Assembly: GCF_018977255.1 (NCBI RefSeq)
Contig: NW_024704743.1
Span: forward strand, 39,124,001 to 39,188,000
Origin: Callorhinchus milii
Lineage: Eukaryota
DNA length: 64,000 nt
Direction of reading: 5' to 3'
The notes below the pieces were generated by a model. The model worked only from the letters and a program-made list of their open reading frames with translations, did not search any database and was not told the DNA's origin. Both the position numbers and the translations under genes were made by a program. This document shows positions 49,640-61,589 of this stretch, one piece after another (the stretch's first letter is position 1; each line of letters begins with the position of its first letter).

Positions 49640-49850
49640 TGATCCTCCATTACTCAAAAAGTTGTGGGTTTAATCCCCACATCGGAACTTTGAGCTCATT
49701 CTCTAGGCCGACACTTGAATCCAGTGCTGGAAGGCTGCTGCATTATCGCAGGTGCCATTCTTCGGATTAGACATTAAACAAGGTCCCGTCTGCTTATTAA
49801 ATTGACATCAAAGATGCCATGGATCTATTTGAAATGAGAAGAGAAATTTA
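49640..49850 (+). mobile_element. SacSINE1-like DeuSINE 5' part
   Basis: gttgtgggtttaatccccac, ctgcattatcgcaggtgcc, attagacattaaac, aaagatgccatgg. Confidence 0.75.
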
Positions 49851-49872
49851 GCATGATCTTTTAAAATTAAGA

Positions 49873-49990
49873 TATAATAATAGTCCTTGAATTTGATATA
49901 TCGCCTTATCAAGTCTTCGATACGTCTCAAAGCGCTTCACAGAATATACTGTAAAGTGAATTGACTGTATATTTTCTGAGCAAAATGCCC
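49873..49990 (-). mobile_element. SINE 3' part
   Basis: cgccttatcaagtcttcgatacgtctcaaagcgcttcacagaatatactgtaaagtgaattgactg. Confidence 0.85.
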
Positions 49991-49997
49991 GCAAACT

Positions 49998-50180
49998 TAA
50001 GAGAGGGTGGGAGTGCGAGGTGACCATAGGTGCTGTTGAAGAGATAGATTTTAAACTGGGATTTAAAGACAGATAGTGAGGGGACAAAATCAGAGGATTA
50101 GAGGGAGAGAGTTCCAGAGATTAAGAGGGTAGAATCTTAAGGTTCGGCCATTAATGGTGGCTTGAAGAGGGGTATGCAGG
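49998..50180 (-). mobile_element. Old L2 3' fragment
   Basis: gagggagagagttccagaga...ggttcggccattaatggtgg. Confidence 0.65.
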
Positions 50181-51434
50181 TAAACTAAACAAAATCATAA
50201 TATTCATTCCATGAACACCTTTTTCATAAAAATTCACAAATTCCACCTAATTCAATACAAGGCTTATACCACCCAGGAGTTCTTTTTGCTTCAGAATAAG
50301 CACAAGTTTGAAACATGAAAGATCAAAGCAAAACTGAACACAAATCAATGACTAACTTACAACATGTGATGTTTGTTGATTGTGTAATTTGGATGCTACT
50401 CTACAAGTCCACTCCCTACTCAGATCGATATTACAGTTTTGAGCATAGTACTGCAAAGAAGAAACTTTCACATGGTTCTATAAATTATATATTACACGCT
50501 GTCATTTTTAATACACCGTGAAACCTTCTCTGGTGCTTGTAATTACTTTCACATGTGAAGATCATCAACCAGAACACACATCATTCCTGCTTCAAGCACA
50601 TTGAAATAGATTTACAATGCCATTTGTACGTGTCAAAACTAAAGTAAGTAAACTGAAAGTGACACATTTTCATTTGTAGTTCAGTAGAAATGTAATTTCT
50701 GTTACTGCATTAACACACAAGATCAGTTCTGTAATGAAAAACACAATTGTAGTGATCAATGTGAGTTTAGCAACACTAAACATTTTTTTAATATCCAATA
50801 TATTCCACTATTTTACTAAACTTGGAATATATAAAATACTGTGTCTGTGTCTAAAACAGAAAGTTTTATGTGGAACACCAATGTTTTCCTGTAATATTAC
50901 TTCAGTGTCAGTTGATCATTATAAAACGATTTCTTAGATGCTGCATGACTATCCATCAGTACAACAGCCTCTTGATTTCAACAGTCAATTCAGTATTGTT
51001 ATTTTCCTACAAACCAAGGGCAAACAGAAGCTTGTATAGATTATACAAAACAAACATTTTGAGATAAACTGCACAAGATATGTAGCGAATTGAATTAATT
51101 TGGGATTCGTATATGCAGACCCGTGCAACAAGTCCAATACAATGGACATTTAACTTTGAATGTGTTTTTCTGCTTCCATCTTCACTCAATAAAAGTGAGG
51201 CAAGAGAAAATTAAATTTTATGCAACAGTGAGTGATACTTGATAAAGGCTGATATTAAGTTATAAGTGGTAGAGAACTAAATGTCTCTAATCACGTATCA
51301 CCACAACCAATCATCTTTAAGAATCTTAGGTTGGCAATAATTACAAAGATAGAGTGGAAAAGATTTTTTTATTTTTAACGATCAGACCAGAGTGTGCAAC
51401 AATGATTTTGGTGTGAAAACAGTTTCTCTCTCAT

Positions 51435-51800
51435 CATAGAAGCATAGAAATTTACAGTACAGAAGAAAACCATTCAGTCCATCATGTCTGTACTGTCTGT
51501 ACCGCCATCGGCTGCTGAGTTTTCAGCCATTCTCCCACTCTCTCTGGAACTCCATGACAGAGCCAGTCCAACTCATCCCTCCTCCTCCATTTTCAAAGCG
51601 CACCTCAGAGTTACTTTATTGGCCGTAGTTCCAGTCATCTTTCCCCACCCTACTCCCTTCAGCTCCCAATCCCACCAGTAATGTAAAGTGCTTTGGGATG
51701 TCCTCCTGATGTGAAACGTGCTATATTAAATGTAAATGTATCATACTGGCTTCTTGAAAGAACAATCCATTGAGTCCCGTTTACCTGCCTCCCCCCGATA
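51435..51800. mobile_element. CR1 tail (-) interrupted by an L2 3' end (+, about 51500-51740)
   Basis: catagaagcatagaaatttacagtacagaag...atcatgtctgtac | ctctggaactcc...gggatgtcctcctgatgtgaaa | ctggcttcttgaaagaacaatcc. Confidence 0.7.
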
Positions 51801-52209
51801 CACAGTTGTCAATGCACTTTTCCCTCATCAGAATTCCAATATTCCACAAGCACGAAACTGCTAAATACCAGGCGTTAGCACAGTAAGCCTAAGGATGATT
51901 TTGATTGATCTGGTTGCTTTGGAGATTTTCAACAGCTTTGTGTTAACAATGCCCGTATTATTGCTATTATTGGCTGAATTACTTGGAAAATAGAGGTTTA
52001 CAGTGAAGGTGACGAATTCTTCCATATTTCACAATTCAAAGTTGCCAGACATATTCTCCAAGGTCCTAGAGTGTTTCACTTGGCACTAATCTGCAATATC
52101 AAAATAAATGGTTGGCAAGTTCAGTTGATAAACTGCTTGAACTATACTGTATTCGCATCAAATTGTATGCTTGCATCTTATGACTTCATTAGATCCCATG
52201 ACTGAACCA

Positions 52210-52322
52210 CTTACTAGGTAAGACCATTTTGTCTCAAAATTTAAGATGGTGCAGAATTTAAGATTTTTCACAAAAATCTGTACCATCTTAACTTTTAAGA
52301 CAAATTGTTCTTACAAAGTAAG
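52210..52322. repeat. Foldback with about 50-bp arms (MITE-like)
   Basis: cttactaggtaagaccattttgtctcaaaatttaagatggtgcagaattt versus aaaatctgtaccatcttaacttttaagacaaattgttcttacaaagtaag. Confidence 0.85.
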
Positions 52323-52394
52323 ACTGAATGGAATTTCTGTCTCTTGATTGCTCCAAATTGCAAATTACAAGGGCTGGGGAAGAGTTAAATGAGC

Positions 52395-52700
52395 GGAGGC
52401 ACCGTTCTTTGGATGAATTATTAAGACGAGGTCCCATCTGCTGGTTCAGGCAAATGTTAATGATTGTACAGCACTGTTGGAAAGGAGAAGGAGAGTTTCT
52501 CCCGGTTTCCTGGCCAACAATTTCCCAGCAAAAATTGACTATTCACTTCATGACTGTTTGCGGAACATTGCTACATTCATTTGGCTGCTGTGTTTGCCTA
52601 CAAGTACACAGTCACTACACTTTACAGTAAATCCCATGAAGCAGTTTGAGATATTGATGATATGAAAAGGTGCTATATCAAATGTAAGGATTATTATTAA
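52395..52700 (+). mobile_element. SacSINE1-like DeuSINE 3' two-thirds
   Basis: gaggtcccatctgctggttcagg, ttctcccggtttcctggccaaca, tail aaggattattatt. Confidence 0.8.
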
Positions 52701-52757
52701 ATAGAGATGATATTTTAAGACAATTATCGTGCTATAATTGTTGAAAACATTGTTTTT

Positions 52758-52880
52758 CTCCCCAATTTTCTCCCTTCCTCTCATGAAGGTGCTGGGTCAT
52801 TACTAGAGTACAATTCCATGAGGTCTGTGTACTCTGGTATCTCACTCCAGTGACCACTCTTCATTTTTAAGGCTAAAGCT
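52758..52880 (-). mobile_element. AmnSINE2-like 3' fragment
   Basis: ccccaattttctcccttcctctcatgaaggtgctg...tacaattccatg...ctctggtatctcactccagtgaccactcttcat. Confidence 0.5.
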
Positions 52881-53126
52881 TGAACATTGGAAGTGAATAA
52901 TGGAGAGCCATCCCTGTTTGTCCTCTTACCCGAGGCCCAATATTCTATCTGGATTTAGAATTAAAATTGAAATTTTAGAAAAATCCTGAAATTTTAGGAT
53001 GTGTAGAATTTCGTCAATCCTTAAAATTCGGTTTTATCCTGACAGCAGTCTTTCTGCTTTTCTTTGTAGCAAAGGCACCGGACAGCGATCAGACAAATTG
53101 TTCACAAAGTGAAGAGTAGAAACACA

Positions 53127-53250
53127 TAATAATAATAATAATCTTCTCATTCGATGTAGTGCCTTATCGCATTGTTGAGATATCTCAAAGTGCTTTGCAG
53201 GATAAACTATTAAGTGGATTGTCTGTGAATTTTATGGGCAAAACACGGAA
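53127..53250 (-). mobile_element. SINE 3' part
   Basis: (AAT)n, gtgccttatc, gagatatctcaaagtgct, tttatgggcaaaacacgg. Confidence 0.7.
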
Positions 53251-55219
53251 GGGAACTTTTCTTGTAGCATAGTCAGCTGGGTCAATGTTTCAGGGCCTGT
53301 GTTATAAGTGAGCTGTGAAAAATCTGCTAACTTCTGGTAGTCAAGCTGCTGCAGGCATCATGTCCTGTGCAGGTATTGTTGATCATTGCTGATTATTGTT
53401 CTTCCTCCTCATTCCCAACAGACTCAGAAAGAAGCTTCTACATGTTGCATATCAAAAATGTAATTTGGGATAAAGCCACTTATGACTTTTAAAATATATA
53501 TATTTCCAACATTTTCCTGGCCGAGGAACGCTGACCAAATTTAGTGCCAAACTACTGTTTCACACACTGTATGGCTTGGCAGGGTGTTGCTCCCATTATT
53601 CATCTATTTCGGGATTAATCAGTCACAATTCTGGGCAGGGACACAGATGGGGTGGGGATGGGGGGGTGAGGTGGGGGAAGGAGGTAAATTGTGAGTTTAT
53701 TCTGGCCTTTTTGGAAAAAAAAACCAAACCCCAATAACAGAAACAGTCTTAAGATCTGAATTTACAATCTAACCTTGTAGTTCCACAGTACTACAGTGCA
53801 GAGTACATTGCCAGTTGCTTAACATCCTGGATTATTTCACCGGATGTTTAAAGAGAGTCCACTTTTAACCCTTAGACTCCTGGCAGGTCCAGGAAAATTC
53901 CAGGTCTTGTTGCTCTTGGGCAATGAAACAATGCTGAAAACCTCAAATTTAAATAAAGTTAAACACGTTAGAGTGGTTGTTCGACCTTTCCCCTTTCTTC
54001 TCATTCTTTGTCTGCTTTTAAACTGACATATTTTAATTTTTATCTTGCTAGGATTTTAGCATGGGCTGAGGTTCTTTACTCTCCAAATTATGTCATTGAC
54101 TGTGCAGAGGTTTGGCTGGGAATTTCTGCTTATAGCGGCTTACTGGGTGAATTACCTTTCATGTGATATTAGTTTTGTAACACGCAACGACAAGAACAAT
54201 CATTTTTTAAAAAAGGGAAGATTCATTCTATTTATAGATTGGCCAAACCATTTTCTACAATGGAACAAAGTTCTTGAAGGTTCGAACACCGATGATGGGA
54301 AGTAAGGGGTGGGGAACACGCAGCAGGCCCAAGTTTGCTAAACAGTGGAGGGTGAGCAGAAGGTGAGGCTGAAGATCACATAGGTTGGGAGCTACAAGGG
54401 TGTGAAGTAAAACAGACTAAAGGTTACCATTCCTTACATATTTAAAGTTTTACTGCATGATTATCCATACTTCCTAGAGAGTTCAATCATAAAATAATCC
54501 CATCTTGGCCTGATATCAAGATACCAGAACCAACACCCTTAACGTAATAGGTTTAGCAAATTCCATTTGGTCTCTTAGTCCCGATGTGCAAGGAGCTGAC
54601 TGTGTATGATGCGGAAAGACCCAGGGCTTAAAATGAACTGTGCAGAGCACTGTAAAAACCCTCACATGCACAGAACAAATTCCCCTGGCTCTTGTATTAC
54701 TCTGGAATGCTGAGTGTTAACAAGAGCAGCAGTACTTTGCTTCACATTTCTGCCTCATTGCAGACAGCTGGAACCATGGTCAATGGAATTTCCTGGCAAA
54801 GTTTTTTTTAACTTAATTGTTGACTAATAAGGCAACAGAAAACTGTAGCCAAAACAGGACAAGGAAGACATCCACCCCAAATTGCTATGTACTCCATTTT
54901 TATTTTTATTTTTTGTTTTGAGTGGGTGGAAGAAAAATATTGGATGAGGTACTACCTGTAAGATGATACTCAAGATGTTACTGAGCTTACAGTTGCCTTT
55001 TAGCTCTTGAACTAACTAATTTGACATGGGAAATATTTTTATCCTAAAAATAGAATTTTAGGAGTCTTTGAGCCAAGACATAAGCAGTGTATTAGCTCAT
55101 TATACACTACAAAAGGAGGCCGTGTGATAATATTAATTTAATTCAGGCATAAGCTCAGATTTTGGCATTTTGTGACCCATTTAGGGACAAAATTGCTGTC
55201 TGTCTTGACACCATAAAAG

Positions 55220-56008
55220 TTCATTTTTCGTTTGGTCAGCCAAAAGAAAAATGTGTCTGCCACATGTGGAAACCCATCACTATGTTGAATTTTATCCAAA
55301 CCACACTGAGAGTTCCAAGTATGCCACCTACACATTCCCATGTCTGGAATGGAATGTGTACTCTCTCCCCAAAGGGATGCACAATTCTGGAGAGTATTAC
55401 AATATAATTACATTATAATTTACATTTATATAGTGCCTTTCACATCAGGAGGATGTCTCAAAGTGCTTAAAACTTTATAAGGTGCAGGTTGGCAAGAACC
55501 AAGGCTTGGGGATCTTGGAGGCTTAGGGGTACTGCTGGAGTCTAACCAGCTAAAACTGCATAGATTGTCATTGAAAACACTGTCTCACAGATTTTCCTGT
55601 CACTTGTCCAGCTAGGACCAACCTTGGGGCTTACAGGGTTAACAGGATCTGAATGGGAAGAATCCCTACCCCCTGGTATCTAGTCTGGCCTTCCAAATCC
55701 TGCTGATGAGCCAAGTTAGTTTGGCTGTCATCAGCAGTGTCCTAGAGTACCACAGCCTCATTTGGCTCAGGGACCAGACTACTGCGATCGTCATGGAGGG
55801 TTGACTTAATTCCAACATTCTAATGGAAGCATATCACTTTGGAGCCACTTCACCTCCAAGGAGAACCTGCTTATCTGTCTCCCCACCCCCCCCAAAAGAA
55901 AGTAGTAACTGGTTGGTCATTTCACCTGCCAAGCAGTGATTTGAGCCCTCACTAGATGGATGGCAGATAACAGCAATTCAATGCAAACTTCCCAGTGAGC
56001 ATCCTAGC
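55220..56008 (-). repeat. Unidentified ancient interspersed repeat, copy 4 (possible tRNA-like head; tail insertion at about 55405-55478)
   Basis: Colinear with copies 1, 3 and 5; A-box-like gctcactggg (56000-55991) and B-box-like gggctcaaatc (55948-55938) on the minus strand. Confidence 0.75.
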
Positions 56009-56019
56009 TCAGTATAAAA

Positions 56020-56290
56020 CGTGTGAGAGCATTGCATGCAGTGACTACATTAAGTACTACTTTAAGAGACATTGAAATCAGTGAGTAGTTCTCTTTCTCA
56101 CTAGGGCCACCCTTCTTTTGGATGGAAACCATAGTTGTACTCTGGAACATGGATGGGGTGTGTTCTTCAGAGTGAGCCTGTTAACCAGCCTTAGGAAGGC
56201 CGTTCCAAAGCAGGTTGATGGTTCCTGGCACTGAGCCCTCTCTCCGAGCAGCTTTTAGGAACTCAGCGTGGAAGTTAAGTAGACCCATTC
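56020..56290 (-). mobile_element. Second RTE-like LINE RT fragment
   Basis: With frameshifts: AEFLKAA...PSTCFGTAFLRLVNR...PSMFQSTTMVSIQKKGGPSEKENY-SLISMSLKVVLNVVTAC; homologous to 28273-28680. Confidence 0.72.
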
Positions 56291-56361
56291 TGTGTGACAG
56301 TTAAATGTACCTGACTCTGTAAGGACTGCTGTGCATCAGTAAAACATTGATTTACCATTGT

Positions 56362-56500
56362 TAATAATTATAATCCTTGCATTTGATATAGCGCCTTATC
56401 ACGTCTTCGAGACGTCTCAAAGCGCTTCACAGAATATACTGTAAAGTGAATTGACTGTATATATTTTGTGGGAGAAAGCGGCAGCCGATCGTATACAGCA
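56362..56500 (-). mobile_element. SINE 3' half (TCGAA loop type)
   Basis: aatccttgcatttgatatagcgccttatcacgtcttcgagacgtctcaaagcgc. Confidence 0.9.
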
Positions 56501-56652
56501 GATAAGTGTAACATTTATCATGGGGTGTCTGTAAATTAAATGGTGAATGGGGTTGTGCTATGTTGCCCTCTAATGGTAGGACTCTTTGGGTTCAACCTTG
56601 AAATGAATAGATCACATGAGAGGTTTGTCTGAAGAAAGTGATTTGGCGCAAT

Positions 56653-56775
56653 TAGAACCATAGAAATCCACAACACAGAAGAAGGCCATTTAGTTCATCA
56701 TGTCTGTGCTAGCTTTTTTAAAGAGCAATCCTTTCAGTCCCATTATCTGCATTTTCCCCAAAGCCCATTAGTTTA
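56653..56775 (-). mobile_element. CR1 3' tail
   Basis: tagaaccatagaaatccacaacacagaagaaggccatttagttcatcatgtctgtgctagct. Confidence 0.7.
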
Positions 56776-56984
56776 CTCCTTTTTAGATCGAGTTCCCTTT
56801 TGAAAGTTAATATGAATTTTGCCTGAATCACTGCTCCTACAGGGATTTTTATATCCTAATAACTCTGAGTGTGAAAAAATAAATACCTCTATCCTGAAAT
56901 TGCCTTTTGCAATCCTGAACTTGTTCTTCTGTCTTGGTATGAATAATACTATTGATTTAATATTAGATTTCTGGATTTTCTGGG

Positions 56985-57290
56985 AGAACATTGCATTGCC
57001 AGAGGCACAACAGATGAAACTGAGGCCTCATGTGAATGTTTAGGTGGATGGTAAAGATCCCATGACACTATTCAAAAATAGAAGGGAGTTTCTCCCAGTA
57101 TCCTCATCAAAAATCCATAGATTTAAAAAGACAGATTATTTACTTCATGGCTGTTTGTGCCATATTGTTGCTGGTAAATTGATTGCTGCAATGACACAAG
57201 CTCTACATGGAACAGAAAAACTCTTTAAGTGCTTTGAGATATTTCATCAAGATAAGACAAATATTTAATGCAATGATTATTATCATTATC
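56985..57290 (+). mobile_element. Old SacSINE1-like DeuSINE
   Basis: ttgcattgccagaggc, aggtggatggtaaagatcccatgacactattcaaa, atggctgtttgtg. Confidence 0.75.
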
Positions 57291-57519
57291 GCTCTTGTGT
57301 TAAAGTGCAAGGTGGTTGTTTGTAACTTTTTTTATAACACTGGCTCCAGTGAAACTAATTTTTTTAGAAATAAGGCTTCCTATCAACCTGGAAAGCCTGA
57401 CGCCTCTTGAAAAGGGCCGAACCTTGGACAAATAGATAAAGCCAAATGTTTGAGATGATGCTTTAAACCAAAAAGATGTGGAACATTTCCACATGTTTCA
57501 CATGGATGAAATTTCCATT

Positions 57520-57850
57520 ATCTTCCGGGATGGGGGGGGGGATGGGAAGGTAAATGAGTTCTCCTTGGAGCCGAACTGGCTCCGGGCATACGTGTTTGGT
57601 ACCGTAATGTCGGAATGGAGCCAGTGGCGGTCTTGGTAGTCTGGTGCCTGAGCCAGACGGGTCCGCAGTATTCCAGGGCACTGCTGATAACAGCACAGCC
57701 AGTCAGGCTCATTGGCAGGACTTGGAAGGGCAGACTGGGGGCAGAAAGTCATCCCAGTGAACTCCCGTTAACCCTGCAAGCTAAAGCCCTAATGCCCTAA
57801 TGGCGGTCGTAGCTGGACAAGCAATGGGAAAGCTTGTCAGACATTGCCAT
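57520..57850 (+). repeat. Unidentified ancient interspersed repeat, copy 5 (CpG-rich, best preserved)
   Basis: Inverted homolog of 55580-55900; hairpins ggagcc/ggctcc and gtctgg/ccagac. Confidence 0.8.
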
Positions 57851-58329
57851 AATTTCTTAGCTTCTTTCAGAAATAAAGCCAGATAATGACTCACCATCAT
57901 GAAAAATGTATACATACAGCTTACAAATTCCTGCCTAGTGAAACATCTGCAAATAGATTTGGGGGTCAATTCTCTGTGGCTTCCATATTTATCACTGTTG
58001 ATGCAGAATCAACTACTGTGCATCTCTATTCTATGTCATCTAGTGTTCATTTTTTCCAGCAGCAATTCTAATTTGGCTCCCTGCTCCTACTACACCACTC
58101 CCACCAATAATGATATTAATCCATTCATTTGGGAGTAACCCTTTCACATCAGGAGATTGTCTCAAAGTGATATGCTGATAAATATATGATGTGTCCAGTG
58201 ATAAACATGATACACTGCAAAGACTGTGCATTTTGTGAGTGAACATGGTATCCAATGTGCTCACACCAATGTCCCACAAAATAAAGCAAGCACAAATACT
58301 AAACAGTGTAAAAGAAAATCAAAAACAGT

Positions 58330-58500
58330 TTGCACTTACATAGCACCTTTCACAAAGGAAAATGTCTCGAAACAATTCATAGAATGAGCGGCCGAGAATG
58401 ATGGAAGACAGTGGAGATAAGAGAGGTGGTCAAACCCTCTTTTAAAAGCAGAGACGGAGGATACGAGGCAGAAGGAATTAAGTAGTAAATTCAAGAGAGT
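58330..58500 (-). mobile_element. Old L2 3' end
   Basis: ttgcacttacatagcacctttcac...gtggtcaaa...agtaaattcaagagagt. Confidence 0.55.
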
Positions 58501-58589
58501 ATTGATTTTACTGAATCTTAAATTGACTCTATACTTAAATTGACAAATATGCTTGGAACTTGGAGTTGGCCAAGACCTACTTTTTTGAC

Positions 58590-58690
58590 AGTGATGTCTG
58601 TCTACGAAATACAGAACAAATCCTATGAAGTGCTGTTGAAACACCCTCCTAATGTGAAAGGTACTATATCAAATCCAAGGATTATTGTTA
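58590..58690 (+). mobile_element. SINE tail
   Basis: cctcctaatgtgaaaggtactatatcaaatccaaggattatt. Confidence 0.6.
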
Positions 58691-59061
58691 TAGCTCTGAG
58701 ATTGGGTGCTGGCTGGCCCGTAATAATGTGATAATTTTATTCCTGATTCCTAATGCCATCCTCATCCATTCCGTTCTGACTCTGACTCCCAAAAAGGTTT
58801 TCCACCACTAGGGAGCAACTGACTGAACAAATAGGATTTTTTTCTTTTCTTGCTCTGACAGAGCGCAGATTTAGGAAAAGCTGTGCATGGGAAAGGGTGA
58901 TGGGAGGAGGAAGGGAATAGATGGAAATAAGTAGCCATGAAATCTAAACACTGGAGTTGAAATTGAGGCAGGATTTTGGCAACTAGGTATAACGTCTAAA
59001 GATCTGAAGCAAGTTTCATTAAATGTGACATCTCTTCCCACCAATGAACATGGCAAACAGG

Positions 59062-59110
59062 GACCTTCCACCAAATCACAGACCCTTCCACCAAACTGCA
59101 GACTTCCACA
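59062..59110. repeat. Short imperfect tandem repeat (about 19 bp x 2.5)
   Basis: gaccttccaccaaatcaca gacccttccaccaaactgca gacttccaca. Confidence 0.6.
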
Positions 59111-59539
59111 TCTTGCACAATTGTGGCCTCTAGTGGTCATCATTAGTAATGCCAATAAACAAAATTTTGCCTATTCATTGAACTATTAAGGCTGATTTTC
59201 CCTACAATTGCTAGTTAATGTTTGAGTGAGACCATTTGTCTAGGCTGACATTCCATTGGAGAAATACGTGCTCATTCAACAAGTTCATTAAATGTATTGC
59301 GAATCATTCCCATTATGTGCTTTGTAGAATGGTGGCATGTATTTCCTATGAGTAACCAATGGAATCTTTTCTTTTTTCTCTCTATTGCATAGGCATTATA
59401 AGGTAAAGCACAAAATGCCAAATGTGTGAAAGAATAAAATAAACATCAGCAATACCACAAGTATGAATTGATTGGTGACATGTGAGGCATGTATACTTAT
59501 CACAGCATGCTATAAAATATATAAAGTTTATGATGTTTC

Positions 59540-59960
59540 AGAACAGATGGAATACATTATGAAATGTTGCAAACTCTTTATCTTTCCTTAATTAGTGACA
59601 GGCTGCAAACATAGACAAATTGCCAAGGAGGAAGCTGAAAGAGATCTAGGTGTTAGTTGACTCACAACGTCAAACAGTATGGGGCAGCAATAAATAAGGC
59701 AAACAGGATGCTGGGCCATATTGTAAATCAGTTGAGTTCAGATTCCCAGACATGTGCTGAAGTTATATTGTGTATCTCAGAGCAGACTTTATAGAGGTGT
59801 ATACCAACTTAAATGAGATTGAAAAAGTAAACCAAGAACAATATTTTAGGAAGCACCAAACAGTAGAACATGATGGCATAAGTTTAGCGTTGGAAAGGCC
59901 AAATTCAGGATTAATTATTGGCTGGAACAGGTTGCAAGGAAGTGGGGGTTGAGACCAGGA
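59540..59960 (+). mobile_element. Old CR1 fragment
   Basis: ERDLGV, AINKANRMLG, LRADFIEVY motifs. Confidence 0.65.
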
Positions 59961-60264
59961 CAATGGTCACAAATTTTTGCTAATTTTGGGGGGAAAAGTG
60001 ACCAAATCAAAAAGATATTCAATCCCATACCTATCATTAAAGACAGGTTTAAAAGGGCATGTTTTCAATTGCAATTTTTGTACCCTTCACAGTAAGTAAG
60101 GAACAAATTGCCTTTGGGAATACTACAATTTTGACCTCTCCCCTTCCCATGGGAAATTGTAGTTTAAATATTTGCCTTTCCTCTCTGTAACACAGACTAG
60201 CGTGACATTCAAGCACTCTCTACCTTTTAGAGGTTTATTAGAACTTGGCAGATCTTTTAACAAA

Positions 60265-60380
60265 GCAATAATATTAATGTTTACATTTGATATAATTCCT
60301 TTCATGTCAGGAGGATGTCCTAATGTTCTTCATAGAATATATTATAAAATGCAACGACTGTGTATTTTATGGTTGAACGC
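60265..60380 (-). mobile_element. SINE 3' part
   Basis: tttacatttgatata, ctttcatgtcaggaggatgtcc, catagaatatatt. Confidence 0.65.
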
Positions 60381-60705
60381 CCAATGCCCTGCCCTTTCAC
60401 CAAACCCCTTAAGATATTTACTATCCAAGAATCTGTCCAGCTCAGTTTTAAACATTCATATTGATTTTTCCTCTACAGTTTCTGGGCAGAGCATTCCACA
60501 TCTTCACAACCCTCTTTGTAAAGAAATGCTTTTGGATCTTAGTTACAACTGTCTTAGGTCTAATTTTAAGGCATGGTCTTTGTAATAGATCCCTCTACCA
60601 AAGGGAAGTGAGTCAGCCACTATCTAACTTGTCAATTCTTTTCAATGTTTTACACACCTCAATGGCATCATCCCTTGAACTCTTCTACTCTACATAATAT
60701 TATTG

Positions 60706-61110
60706 ATAATAATAATCCTTACATTTGATATGCTTGTACAGGTTTTAGTGGATATATTAAAGTGGATTGACTGTGTATTTTGTGGGCAAAACACAGCAGC
60801 CAGTTTTATACAACAGTGTATCACAAACAGTCCTGGAGTGAGTGAGCAGTTTTATTTGGGGAATTGTTGGCCAGGACACCGGAAGTAACTCCTTTCTCTT
60901 TTCAAATAGTGCATGGGATCTTTAATGTTCACTTGGACAGGCAGATGGGACCTAGTTTTAATGTCTCATCTGAAGGACAGCACTTCCAACAGTGCAATCC
61001 TCCCCCTGCACTGCAATGGAGTGTCAGCTTAGACTATGTGATTCCAATTCCTAATGTGGGGTTTGAACCCATAACCTTCTGACACAGATACAAAGTACTA
61101 CTCCTGCTCA
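60706..61110 (-). mobile_element. SacSINE1-like DeuSINE, full length, nested in CR1
   Basis: ggccaggacacc, ttcaaatagtgcatgggatctttaatgttcac, tttaatgtctcatctgaaggacagc, gtggggtttgaacccataaccttctgac. Confidence 0.88.
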
Positions 61111-61589
61111 GGTTAACATACAGGGTTACCACAGTATATCCTATCTTCTCATCACAAATAGATCCCTTCAACCCAGGTGTTACCATGCTGAATTCAATGC
61201 TGGACATGATCTGAAGCTAGTATATCCTTCCTAAGATTGGTGCCCCAAACTGAACACGGTACTCCAATAACATCTGACCAGCTCTATGTAACTGGAGCAA
61301 CACTCTTTTAATTTAAATTCCAGAGCTATAAATCCAGCTTGTTATAAAGGTCAGCATCTTATTTGTTTTATTGACTGCTGTCTGTACCTGCAAAGTAGAT
61401 TTTAATGATCTATGGACTTGAACCGTTTGATCTCTTTCTCATTCACTGTTAGAACATACTTCAAACCATTATCTGTTTGAAATGTACTAACTCACATTCT
61501 TCACCTATTAAACTTCTCTTCACAATTTCCATCATCTCCAAGCTTAGTGCCATCTGCAAACTTGGAAATAGTCCCCTTTATTCCTATGT

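Noticed and set aside
53649..53677. G-quadruplex motif
   Set aside because: The pattern is present, but it is isolated in intergenic DNA with no functional context.
55700..55740. Hammerhead ribozyme core (CTGATGA followed by a stem)
   Set aside because: No GAAA follows stem II, and the CTGATGA is itself paired in a simple hairpin.
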